A stretch of DNA of 64,000 bases from an uncultured Flavobacteriaceae bacterium (GTDB taxonomy: Bacteria > Bacteroidota > Bacteroidia > Flavobacteriales > Flavobacteriaceae). The first letter of the stretch is position 1; the number at the start of each line of letters is the position of its first letter. The position numbers and the translations under genes are program-made. The stretch is taken from contig CAWFFW010000002.1 of NCBI GenBank assembly GCA_963815305.1, forward strand, positions 506,279 through 570,278, in the 5' to 3' direction. Under the pieces are notes generated by a model. It saw only the letters and a program-made list of their open reading frames with translations. It searched no databases and had not been told where the DNA came from. This document shows positions 19,572 to 30,253 of this stretch, piece by piece.

Positions 19572-19587
19572 TGGCACATTTTTAGCA
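19572..19587 (+). promoter_or_regulatory. Candidate sigma-54 (-24/-12) promoter upstream of groES
   Basis: TGGCACATTTTTAGCA compared with consensus TGGCACG-N4-TTGCW. The GG (19573-74) and GC (19585-86) have the canonical spacing. The element is 52 nt upstream of the groES ATG. Confidence 0.4.
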
Positions 19588-19639
19588 TATCGTTTAAGCA
19601 TTAAACAATAATTTAATTAATTAAAATTAATATCATAAA

Positions 19640-19915
19640 ATGAGCTTAAACATTAAACCATTAGCAGACAGAGTTGTTATTGAACCTGCTGCCGCTGAAA
19701 CTAAAACAGCTTCAGGAATTATTATCCCAGATAACGCTAAAGAAAAACCACAAAAAGGAAAAGTAGTTGCTGCTGGAAAAGGCACTAAAGACGAACCTAT
19801 CACTGTAAAAGTTGGCGATACTGTTTTATATGGTAAATATGCAGGAACTGAGCTTAAATTAGAAGGCACAGATTATTTAATTATGCGTGAGAGCGATATT
19901 CTTGCAATTATATAA
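19640..19915 (+). CDS. groES: Co-chaperonin GroES
   Basis: 91 aa, reading [16 protein letters not shown]...GKVVAAG. Confidence 0.97.
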   Translation: MSLNIKPLADRVVIEPAAAETKTASGIIIPDNAKEKPQKGKVVAAGKGTKDEPITVKVGDTVLYGKYAGTELKLEGTDYLIMRESDILAII

Positions 19916-20009
19916 ATAATAACATTTAGCTATTAGTCCTCGGCTTTTAGCTTCAACTAAAATTAATATTAAACATAGCCAATAGCAAAAAGCTGATGGC
20001 AAAAAGTAA

Positions 20010-21650
<1,641 letters not shown>

Positions 21651-21682
21651 TGGGTCGAGAGCATCGACACGCTGATTATACG

Positions 21683-21714
21683 AAACGCCTCAATTTATAT
21701 TGGGGCGTTTTTTT
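21683..21714 (+). terminator. Rho-independent terminator after groEL
   Basis: Stem ACGCC..CA / TG..GGCGT followed by a T7 run. Confidence 0.7.
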
Positions 21715-22021
21715 ATGCACATAAATTAACCTTTTGTAAACCATATTTATGTAAAAACTATATTTGCAAAAAAAAAAAATTTAAAATTATTCTTTTTGGC
21801 ATTTTGCTAGATGAAATTTCTAATCTACAAAATAAATAGAATCTTAAAATAAGATTGACGTCATCTTCTATTTTTAGCTTTATAAATTATTCTATAACAT
21901 AAATAAGGTAATCCCTATATTGTTGGCTTTAAAAACAGTTTTCATGTCTAAACAAAAAACATCAATTATATTATTAGCACACACTTTTAAAAATAGATAA
22001 AAACAAATATTCATATATCAT

Positions 22022-23224
22022 TTAAAAAAAGGAATATCCAAATATTACAGACAAAACTTTATATTTAGAGTCCCATGACGCATAGCTACCTAAAACATCT
22101 CTATTTGAGTATCTCAACTCTAAACTATACTTATCGTTATGTTTATAACCAGCTCCAAATGCTAAATTATTTCCTGCTGTAATCTCTAAATCCACTTCAG
22201 AATTAAAATCTACAAAACCATTACTAAGAGTAAAATCTGAAACATAAGAAGCATTAATAAAAAATTTAGAATCCTCATTTAAGAAAAAATAATATCTGAT
22301 TCCTATAGGCAACTCCAATGAATGGTATTCAACTTTAGTTACTACTTCAGCTCCTCTTCTTATAATATTATTTTCCGCTTTGTAAGAATGATTATATGTT
22401 GGCTCAATTATAAAAGCCCATTTATTTTTATTAAACGAGAATATAAATTCTGCTTCAATTCCAAACCGAAAATTAAGTTTATTATCAAAATTCCCGTTTG
22501 TCCGTCCTAAGTCATTTCTAATTGATAGAGTGGAACTATTAATACCAGGGCGAATACTTAAATTAAACAAATCCTTTTTTTCATTTACCTTTTCATAAAG
22601 AATGTAATCTTTATTGCTACACTTATTATATTCCACAAAAAAATTAGTTAAGTCCTCTTTATTGTAATTTAAACGTTCAAAATTATTAGTTTTGATACTG
22701 GAACATTTTAAATTACTCCATAGTTGTTGTTTGTAACTAGTATTCTTAGCTACTAAGCCCTCATCATTCAAATATTCTTTAAAAACTAATTGATTTACTT
22801 TAGAATCGTTTATTTTATAAAAATATCTATTTATACCGTCATTTTCAAATGAATATAAACTAGCTTCTCCTTCTATTAATACTTTTAAAAACAGTGTTTC
22901 TTCGTTAAAAATAGGTGCTTTAATATTACTAATTTCTCTTAAATCATTACTAGATTTATCAATATTTACCGTGTGCCTAGTATATTTAAATATTGAGTTA
23001 ACACCGAATTCTTTAATCGTATTAATAGTTGCCTTTTGTCTCTCAGAAATTTCCGTTAATTTATACTCAAATTCTAATGGATTATTTATCCAGTCAAAAT
23101 TTTTAATTAAGCAATTAACTTTTTGATTAGAATTATTAATATAATACCCCTTCTCAAAAATAATTTGCGAATAACAACTTAAACTTATAAAAGTGATTAA
23201 AAAAAATAGTATTGATTTTTTCAT
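22022..23224 (-). CDS. Hypothetical outer-membrane beta-barrel protein
   Basis: Signal peptide FISLSCYSQ. The C-terminal half shows alternating beta-strand patterns and ends in an aromatic terminus, FGYSFF. The coding sequence is very AT-rich. Confidence 0.6.
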   Translation of the reverse strand: MKKSILFFLITFISLSCYSQIIFEKGYYINNSNQKVNCLIKNFDWINNPLEFEYKLTEISERQKATINTIKEFGVNSIFKYTRHTVNIDKSSNDLREISNIKAPIFNEETLFLKVLIEGEASLYSFENDGINRYFYKINDSKVNQLVFKEYLNDEGLVAKNTSYKQQLWSNLKCSSIKTNNFERLNYNKEDLTNFFVEYNKCSNKDYILYEKVNEKKDLFNLSIRPGINSSTLSIRNDLGRTNGNFDNKLNFRFGIEAEFIFSFNKNKWAFIIEPTYNHSYKAENNIIRRGAEVVTKVEYHSLELPIGIRYYFFLNEDSKFFINASYVSDFTLSNGFVDFNSEVDLEITAGNNLAFGAGYKHNDKYSLELRYSNRDVLGSYASWDSKYKVLSVIFGYSFF

Positions 23225-23312
23225 TTTATCTTATTTATATTAATTTTATTTTGGAGAAATATTTATTATTAAATTCTATCGATGACTAAAGTAGTTGATT
23301 TTTTTTACAAAG

Positions 23313-23342
23313 AAAAGCCCAAACAAATTGTTTGGGCTTTTT
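23313..23342 (-). terminator. Hairpin terminator downstream of the HMA gene
   Basis: Stem AAAGCCCAAAC / GTTTGGGCTTT. A T-rich tract follows on the minus strand. Confidence 0.65.
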
Positions 23343-23362
23343 AAATTTCAATGATTTATATT

Positions 23363-23752
23363 CTAATGATTATGACCATCTTCCTCTTTATGCTCTTCGC
23401 CTACTTTATGGTCGTCTTTCACAGCTTCATCTCTATACATACAACAAGGGTGCACAGATGCATAAGCTTCATCAGTAGCTTTTAAGTTTTCTGTATCATG
23501 CCCAACAGCTACGATATTGTTTTGTATAGAATCTAAATTGGTTTTACGCTCATCAAAAATAAGTTTTAACTCATGGGTTTTTAAATCCCAAACAGCAGAC
23601 TTAACGCCTTTGGTATTTAAGCTTGCTTTTTCAATGCGCGTTTTACACATCATACAAACACCATCAACTTCCATTGATGCTCTAGCATTTTTGTTTTGAG
23701 CAAACGATAGTGTTGCTATTAATACGGCTACTATTGTTATTGTTTTTTTCAT
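23363..23752 (-). CDS. Heavy-metal-associated (HMA) domain protein, secreted, with a His-rich tail
   Basis: Signal peptide, metal-binding GVCMMCKTRIE (CxxC), and C-terminus HKVGEEHKEEDGHNH. Confidence 0.8.
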   Translation of the reverse strand: MKKTITIVAVLIATLSFAQNKNARASMEVDGVCMMCKTRIEKASLNTKGVKSAVWDLKTHELKLIFDERKTNLDSIQNNIVAVGHDTENLKATDEAYASVHPCCMYRDEAVKDDHKVGEEHKEEDGHNH

Positions 23753-23756
23753 CCTC

Positions 23757-24029
23757 TCTTGACCCTTTCCAAAAGAAAGGGATTTTTTTAGTTAAACTTT
23801 TGTTTTTATTAATTATTCGATTTTATCTTTTAAAAGTCTTCCATTCAGGAAGATTTAGATGGGATTATTTTATTTTTTAGTTATTATAGTGAGACTTTTT
23901 TAAGTCGTGGCAATCTTTAAAATTAGAATTCTAAAAGATGAGATTACTACGTCGATATGCTCCTCGTAATGAAGGTTATTGACTTATAATTTATATTCAT
24001 GAGAATCCTGCCTTCGCAGGAATAACAGG
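23757..24029. repeat. Mosaic of short REP-like palindromic units
   Basis: Five hairpin units: CCCTTTCcaaaaGAAAGGG, TCTTCCattcaGGAAGA, GACTTttttAAGTC, GAGATTAC...GTAATGA and TCCTGCcttcGCAGGA. Confidence 0.7.
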
Positions 24030-24034
24030 TTGTT

Positions 24035-26269
24035 TTAAATTCTAAACCTTAACCCCATATAATACATACCTCCAAAAATAGGGCCATATACAAATGTGGA
24101 ATCAAAATTCGAACCAAAAGGATCATTCGCTCCTAAAATTGGATTATCTTGCCTAACATTTGTAACGTTTTCACCACCTAAATATACTTCAAATTTAGGA
24201 GAAAAAACATAGGTTATTTGCCCATTTAAGGTGCCTAATGTTGGTGTGTATTGTGGTAATTGATATTGTAAAGGGTTTGAAGCGGTTGATGAAAACCGTT
24301 GTTTACTCAACCAATTAAACGTGGCATCAAATTTCCATTGATTTCCCTTAGGTCTCAAATGTGTTTCATAAGAAGTATTAGCAAAAAATCGATGTTTTGG
24401 CACTAATGGTTTTTCTAATCTACCTGAATTATAATCGGTTTGAACATCATAATATTTGTAAGCCATTCGTAAATCGAAATTTTCAAATACATTATAATTT
24501 ATTTCCAATTGAAAACTGTTTGCAAAACTTTTACCATCTAAATTATAAAAATTCACTGCTTGTGGATTTTCATAATCTACAACCACTCGATTTTCAAAAT
24601 CAGTTTTATAATAATCTAAAGTAACATCTGCTTTCCTGTTAAAAAGATTAAAACCTTGCAAATAAGACAGTCCGTAATTCCACGCAATTTCAGGGTCTAA
24701 CCCATAAATATTCCCGCTTGTGTTTAAAATATTAATGATTCTTGAGGTAGCAAACATTTGTTGATTTTCAGCAAAAATATTGGCGCTTCGTATCCCTCTT
24801 CCAAAAGATGCTCGCAATGCCGATTTTTCCCATGGCGTATACCGCGCATGCAATCTAGGTGTTACAAAGGTGCCTAATAAATTGTGATTGTCTATTCGTA
24901 ATCCTGCTGTTAAATTTACTTTCTCTAAATTATCATAATTATACTCGAAAAAAGCACCGACCGAACGCTCGGTTCTTTCGTAATCTGTGATATTTACTAA
25001 CTCATCATAATGATCGTAGGTATAGCTTACTCCAGTTTTTATTTTATGTCGAGAATCGCTAATTATAGAATTATAAATAGCGTTCGCGTAAAGACTATTA
25101 TGTGAAATATCATAAAGGTTTAAGCCAAAATAAGACTCTTGACTATGACTACTAAAAGCGGTTTGAACACCTAAACTTTGGTATGGAATTTCAGGATTTA
25201 CATAACCCAATTTAGCTGAAACTTCATATCGTTTAGTATCAATCTCACCACCCCAAGCATTGGCAGTTCCTTTATCTATTTCTGGATTAAAATCAAGCTG
25301 ACCTGTTTGTTTTTCATCGTTTAAAAATTTAAAATTAATAAAACTCACAAAACCCTTTTCACCATTAGTGTATTGCCAACGGTTCATTACGTTTATTTGA
25401 TTTTGCAATGGCATATCTAAAAAAAAGTCATTATTAACATCATTTTTTTGCTCTCTTATATTCCCATGAATATATAATCCCGTATCCCATCTGTCCGATA
25501 CTTTTGTATTAATATGGGTATTTAGTTCAAACCTTCCTCCTACACTAGCATATCCATTGACAAACAATTTATCATCGGTGCCTGGTTTCACCAATTCAGC
25601 ATTTATTTGGCCCGCTATACTTTCGTAACCATTAACCACACTTCCTGCACCTTTAGTTATTTGAATACTTTCTACCCAAGTACCTGGAATAAAACTTAAA
25701 CCAAAGGCTTGAGACGCTCCACGTATGGAAGGAATATTTTCCGTCGCTATTAAAATATACGGACTTGTGAGTCCTAACATTTTTATTTGTCGCGTGCCCG
25801 AAACAGCATCAGCAAAATTCACATCGATAGACGGATTGGTTTCAAAACTTTCAGACAAATTACAACATGCTGCTTTTAGTAATTCATCGCTACTTACTGT
25901 AAACACATTTTGTGCTTGTAAATACGATTTTGAAGTGGCTTGATTTCTAGAAGTTACTGTCACTTCATCTAAATCACTCCTTGGTTGCAACCAATGTTGT
26001 ATCGGTTTAGGTTCAGTAATCGTTAACGTATCCGTTTTAAAACCTACGTAACTAAGTATTAATTTGGTGTATTCCTTATTATAGTCCAACGAAAACATGC
26101 CATCAATATCAGTTACCGTTCCAATCGATGTATTAAGCCAATACACATTAGCACCAGCCAAACCTATATGTTCGTTGTTTTCATTAGCTTCCATAATCAT
26201 ACCTGTAATCTTTTCTTGCGAAAACATAAGCATCGGTAGTATGAGTACTATATATATTATTTTTTTCAT
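24035..26269 (-). CDS. TonB-dependent receptor with an N-terminal carboxypeptidase-regulatory-like domain
   Basis: The start is placed at MKKIIYIVLILPMLMFSQE (26269). The longer track ORF (to 26362) runs into a repeat element. Plug and beta-barrel are present and the C-terminus is GLRFRI. Confidence 0.85.
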   Translation of the reverse strand: MKKIIYIVLILPMLMFSQEKITGMIMEANENNEHIGLAGANVYWLNTSIGTVTDIDGMFSLDYNKEYTKLILSYVGFKTDTLTITEPKPIQHWLQPRSDLDEVTVTSRNQATSKSYLQAQNVFTVSSDELLKAACCNLSESFETNPSIDVNFADAVSGTRQIKMLGLTSPYILIATENIPSIRGASQAFGLSFIPGTWVESIQITKGAGSVVNGYESIAGQINAELVKPGTDDKLFVNGYASVGGRFELNTHINTKVSDRWDTGLYIHGNIREQKNDVNNDFFLDMPLQNQINVMNRWQYTNGEKGFVSFINFKFLNDEKQTGQLDFNPEIDKGTANAWGGEIDTKRYEVSAKLGYVNPEIPYQSLGVQTAFSSHSQESYFGLNLYDISHNSLYANAIYNSIISDSRHKIKTGVSYTYDHYDELVNITDYERTERSVGAFFEYNYDNLEKVNLTAGLRIDNHNLLGTFVTPRLHARYTPWEKSALRASFGRGIRSANIFAENQQMFATSRIINILNTSGNIYGLDPEIAWNYGLSYLQGFNLFNRKADVTLDYYKTDFENRVVVDYENPQAVNFYNLDGKSFANSFQLEINYNVFENFDLRMAYKYYDVQTDYNSGRLEKPLVPKHRFFANTSYETHLRPKGNQWKFDATFNWLSKQRFSSTASNPLQYQLPQYTPTLGTLNGQITYVFSPKFEVYLGGENVTNVRQDNPILGANDPFGSNFDSTFVYGPIFGGMYYMGLRFRI

Positions 26270-26285
26270 ATTTTTTTTTAAATAT

Positions 26286-26444
26286 TTGGGCGTTACCACA
26301 AGGGTCGGGCTTTCCGCTATATCTTTCTGCGAAGCAGTCCTGAATTTCTTTAAGGATCTCAATTATTAGTATACTTTTCACTTCAAAAATAATTTCAGTC
26401 TCAAAAGCTTTCCACAAAGGATGCCGCTACAATCCCTAACGCAA
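26286..26444 (+). repeat. Copy 2 of the four-copy ~157-bp intergenic element
   Basis: Left end TTGGGCGTTACCACAAGGGTCGGGCTTTCCGCTATATCTTTCTGCG. Right end CCACAAAGGATGCCGCTACAATCCCTAACGCAAAAT. Confidence 0.85.
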
Positions 26445-26570
26445 AATACGTTCTTATTTAAGCCGTAGCATTATAGCCATAACAATCATAATAACAGAAA
26501 CTTTATATCTATTATAGATAATACCTGTATATATATAATTCATTTTGATTTAATTTTGATTTTAATTAAT

Positions 26571-26655
26571 CACGAGTTAGTTCTTCCTGCAAAAGCAGAA
26601 ATACAAAAGTATTCACGATAACATCGTGAGATTCTTGCCTTCACAGGAATAAAAA
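26571..26655. repeat. REP-like palindromic units
   Basis: Contains TCACGAtaacaTCGTGA. Also contains GAGATTCTTGCCTTCACAGGAATAA, a variant of the unit at 24001-24025. Confidence 0.6.
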
Positions 26656-26658
26656 CAA

Positions 26659-27060
26659 TCAAATAATAAACACTTGATCTAAAACCTGAATATCGGCGAC
26701 CAAATTTGGTGGAGAATAATTTTTATGAGGAATAATTTGTTTTTCTAAACCTAAAAAAAGATTTACATACGAGTATGTAAATGTTGTAATAAACTGCTGA
26801 TGATTGAAATCTAAATCCTCTAAAGAAGAAGGTTTTAATTCATCTTGTCCTTTTATAACATCAACCTCATCTTTACAACAGGTTTTCTTCATTAGTATTT
26901 CTTGGGCTTCCATAGCGCATTTATTACTCTCGGTAAAAATAGCAACATCAACTAAGATATCTCCGCAAAAGTGTTTTTCAACAGTAAAAGACACCGTTGA
27001 AAACAACACTAAAAAAGCGAGTAGTGTTGAAAAACCTTTATGTACTATTTGTTTTATCAC
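26659..27060 (-). CDS. HYC_CC_PP-type small membrane-anchored protein (family name from memory)
   Basis: 133 aa with an N-terminal TM helix and three spaced motifs: EKHFCG (H-Y/F-C), KTCCKDE (CC) and YSPPNL (PP). Confidence 0.6.
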   Translation of the reverse strand: MIKQIVHKGFSTLLAFLVLFSTVSFTVEKHFCGDILVDVAIFTESNKCAMEAQEILMKKTCCKDEVDVIKGQDELKPSSLEDLDFNHQQFITTFTYSYVNLFLGLEKQIIPHKNYSPPNLVADIQVLDQVFII

Positions 27061-27118
27061 GATACGAAATTACTAAAAAAGTAAATCTTTATCCTTTTTT
27101 TTATCCAATCTTTAACAG

Positions 27119-27547
27119 TTAATTTTTAAGCTTATGATAATAAAAAGCAGGAAGCAAAAGGATTAAAATGATAGGTTGAATTAAAAACCTCCGGATATTA
27201 AAAAACAAATAATAATCCTCTTGTTTTGGATTAACAACAAAGTATAAATACACTAAAATGAGTATAAAATAAGCAACAGTATAAATTAAGATTGAAAATT
27301 TGATAATGCTTTTATCATTAAAAAATACATATAAAATACCTAAAGAAATTATTGTATTTAACAGATAACGAATAGTTGTAAACGCTGTTACTTTTAATAC
27401 TTCGCGTCGTGGACTATCCATATATAAATAATCATTTTCAAAAAACGTTAAATAAGGATCGTAAAACAATTCATTCTCAAAAAAACGAATTAAAACTAAC
27501 AACCCAAAAAGGATAAAGAGTAGACTATATTTAAGTGCTTTGTCCAT
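27119..27547 (-). CDS. Exosortase F system-associated membrane protein
   Basis: 142-aa four-helix membrane protein with an ELFYDPY motif. It overlaps the upstream XrtF gene by 17 nt. Confidence 0.6.
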   Translation of the reverse strand: MDKALKYSLLFILFGLLVLIRFFENELFYDPYLTFFENDYLYMDSPRREVLKVTAFTTIRYLLNTIISLGILYVFFNDKSIIKFSILIYTVAYFILILVYLYFVVNPKQEDYYLFFNIRRFLIQPIILILLLPAFYYHKLKN

Positions 27548-28091
27548 TTTTCTGGTTTAATTTAGAAAAGCGATTCACCCAAAAAATCCACAATAAAAAT
27601 ACCATTCCGTAAATAATTAAGGGAAATATAATATGGTGTAAAACTTCAGATTGTTCAGGGTAATGATACAAACCCAAACATAAAACAACAATGCGCAATA
27701 GGTTAACCACATAAATTAAAACACTGCCCGTAAGAATATAAAAAAAGGTAGTTTTCAACGTTCCTGAAAAGGCTACTATAAACGATAAAAACAGAATAAT
27801 GACACTCATAGAATTACAACCTTCTATAACGCGTCCTATATAATTTCCATTTAAAATAAGCAGCATTGATGGCTCATCGGGATGTGGCAAAACCTCTGTA
27901 ACATACCCTAAAACGTTTAAAATATTTTGAATTTGTTGTGCTACCAAATTGGTCATATAATCTGGATAAAACTTAGAACCATCAGAAAATTGTAAGTAAA
28001 ATTTATACAAAAGCGTACATGAAATATATACCAACAAAAAAGTAAGTATGAATTTTATAACCGACTTGTATTTTACTAAAAGTAACTTCAC
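27531..28091 (-). CDS. xrtF: Exosortase family protein XrtF
   Basis: 186-aa polytopic protein with the exosortase-type Cys motif VIEGCNSMS. It is paired with the small partner gene. Confidence 0.65.
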   Translation of the reverse strand: MKLLLVKYKSVIKFILTFLLVYISCTLLYKFYLQFSDGSKFYPDYMTNLVAQQIQNILNVLGYVTEVLPHPDEPSMLLILNGNYIGRVIEGCNSMSVIILFLSFIVAFSGTLKTTFFYILTGSVLIYVVNLLRIVVLCLGLYHYPEQSEVLHHIIFPLIIYGMVFLLWIFWVNRFSKLNQKNGQST

Positions 28092-28160
28092 TAAAATTGT
28101 ATAAAACAGAATACCGAAATTAAGTCTTTTTGAATACTTTTACCAAAACTTTTCATTCTT

Positions 28161-28616
28161 ATGACTTTTGAACAACTAAAACCGCAAGTCGCATCTATTA
28201 TTTCAAATTCTGAAATAAGTAAAAATGAGCGTCTTTTAAAAGTTTGCGCATTACTTGAAACCCATATTAATTATTATAATTGGGTTGGTTTTTATTTTAG
28301 AAATGGCGATAAGGAAGAACTTGTTTTAGGGCCTTACGTTGGTGCGCCAACAGATCATACCTTTATTCCTTTCGGAAAGGGTATTTGTGGACAAGTAGCC
28401 GTTAGTAACCAAAATTTCGTGGTACCCGATGTTTCTGCGCAAGACAATTATATTGCATGCAGTATTACCGTTAAAGCTGAAATTGTGGTGCCTATTTTTG
28501 TAAATGGTAAAAATATGGGACAAATTGATATTGACTCTAACACACCTGATCCATTTACTGAAGCGGATGAGCGTTTTTTAGAGTTTGTTTGTGCTCAAGT
28601 TTCAGAAATCTTTTAA
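28161..28616 (+). CDS. GAF domain protein (free methionine-R-sulfoxide reductase-like)
   Basis: 151 aa, with NWVGFYF...GPYVGAP...GKGICGQ...GQIDIDS. Confidence 0.75.
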   Translation: MTFEQLKPQVASIISNSEISKNERLLKVCALLETHINYYNWVGFYFRNGDKEELVLGPYVGAPTDHTFIPFGKGICGQVAVSNQNFVVPDVSAQDNYIACSITVKAEIVVPIFVNGKNMGQIDIDSNTPDPFTEADERFLEFVCAQVSEIF

Positions 28617-28682
28617 CAGTTTTTAAAACCATAATGGCTTTTGATTTGATAAAAAAGTAACCATTTAATAAAATTCAAACTT

Positions 28683-30122
28683 ATGTTTTTTAAACCAGCT
28701 TGTATGCCTACAATATTGATATTGGTTTTTTTATTTTTTTCTTGTAAAAAACAAACCGAAGCCCCTTTAAAAAAACGCCCTCCAAATATCATTTATATTT
28801 TGGCTGATGATTTAGGCTACGGCGACCTAAGCTGTTATGGACAAAAAAAATTCCAAACCTCAAACATTGATAGGTTAGCATCACAAGGCATACTGTTTAC
28901 TCAACATTATTCTGGCAGCACCGTTTGCGCGCCTTCACGATCTGCTCTTTTAACGGGTATGCATACAGGACACACAACGGTAAGAGGAAATAAAGAAGTT
29001 CGCCCTGAAGGACAATATCCTATTCCTGATAGCACCTTCACTCTTGCAGAAGCCATGAAAAAAGCAGGATATACCACTGGAGCTTTTGGAAAATGGGGTT
29101 TGGGGTTTCCGGGGTCTTCAGGAGATCCAACCAATCAAGGGTTTGATACTTTTTTTGGCTATAATTGCCAACGTTTAGGGCATAATTATTATCCGCGCCA
29201 TCTATGGCATAATAGAGATTCTATTCTATTGAAAGAAAATTACGGTGAACATAAGGGAGTTTATGCGCCAAATTTAATCCACGAAAAAACGCTACAATTT
29301 ATTGAAAACAATAAAAAAAATCCTTTCTTTTTATATGTAGCGTCTATTATTCCTCATGCCGAATTGGTAGCCCCTGAAAATATTCTTAAAGAGTATCGCG
29401 GAAAATACCTTCCAGAAAAGGAATATAAAGGTTTAGACAGCGGATCAAATTACAGAAATGGTGGTTATGAATCTCAAGACGAATCACATGCTGCTTTTGT
29501 TGCAATGATTGACATTTTAGACACCCAAGTGGGAGACATCATGAAAAAGGTTGAGGCAGCTGGAATTGCTGATAACACCATTATTATTTTCACATCAGAT
29601 AATGGTCCTCATACGGAAGGCGGAGCAGATCCTATTTATTTTGATAGTAACGGTCCTTTAAAAGGCTATAAGCGCGATTTATATGAAGGAGGCATTAGAG
29701 TGCCTATGATTGTGAGCTGGCCTGGAAAAATAAGCCCCAATACAAAAACAGACCACATATCTGCATTCTGGGATATGTTTCCAACATTTACAGATATAAT
29801 TGCAGCTCAAAATCCTAAAGACTTAGATGGCATCTCTTTATTGCCCACAATTTTAGGTAATACAAGTAATCAAAAAAAGCATGACTACTTATATTGGGAG
29901 TTTCATGAAAAAGGTGGCAGGCAAGCCATAAGAAAAGGAAAATGGAAAGCAGTAAAGTATGATGTTTTTAAAAACCCCGACGCACCATTTGAACTTTATG
30001 ATTTATCAGAAGACATTGGAGAAGATCATAATATTGCTAACGAACATCCTGATATTTTAAAAGAAATGGAAGAAATTTTAAGAGGTGCAAGAACGCCTTC
30101 GAATGTGTTTAAGTTCAATTAG
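28683..30122 (+). CDS. Secreted arylsulfatase (formylglycine-dependent sulfatase family)
   Basis: Signal/lipobox LFFSCKK, the DDLGYGDL motif, and the FGly signature CAPSRSALLTG. Confidence 0.9.
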   Translation: MFFKPACMPTILILVFLFFSCKKQTEAPLKKRPPNIIYILADDLGYGDLSCYGQKKFQTSNIDRLASQGILFTQHYSGSTVCAPSRSALLTGMHTGHTTVRGNKEVRPEGQYPIPDSTFTLAEAMKKAGYTTGAFGKWGLGFPGSSGDPTNQGFDTFFGYNCQRLGHNYYPRHLWHNRDSILLKENYGEHKGVYAPNLIHEKTLQFIENNKKNPFFLYVASIIPHAELVAPENILKEYRGKYLPEKEYKGLDSGSNYRNGGYESQDESHAAFVAMIDILDTQVGDIMKKVEAAGIADNTIIIFTSDNGPHTEGGADPIYFDSNGPLKGYKRDLYEGGIRVPMIVSWPGKISPNTKTDHISAFWDMFPTFTDIIAAQNPKDLDGISLLPTILGNTSNQKKHDYLYWEFHEKGGRQAIRKGKWKAVKYDVFKNPDAPFELYDLSEDIGEDHNIANEHPDILKEMEEILRGARTPSNVFKFN

Positions 30123-30220
30123 TAAGTGCTTATTTTAATAGTTGTTAACAACTCTTCCTTTTAGTTAAAAAATCAAGACCATTTTCCTCATTCACAAGGT
30201 GAAATTTTGCTTTTAATTAC

Positions 30221-30228
30221 TACTTTTG
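30221..30228 (+). promoter_or_regulatory. Bacteroidota-type -7 box upstream of purH
   Basis: TACTTTTG lies 25 nt before the purH ATG. Confidence 0.35.
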
Positions 30229-30253
30229 CGCCTTAATACACAACCCACTAAAA

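Noticed and set aside
19545-19639. Search for an HrcA CIRCE operator (TTAGCACTC-N9-GAGTGCTAA) upstream of groES.
   Set aside because: No such inverted repeat is present. Only the sigma-54-like element was found.
26270-26362. 5' extension of the TonB-dependent receptor ORF (MRSLKKFRTASQ...).
   Set aside because: The extension is encoded by the repeat element at 26286-26444. A proper signal peptide begins at the internal Met (26269).
26270-26658. Possible cobalamin or other riboswitch upstream of the TonB-dependent receptor.
   Set aside because: No B12-box (GCCACTG-type) or other recognisable riboswitch core is present. The spacer is accounted for by the 157-bp element and the REP-like units.
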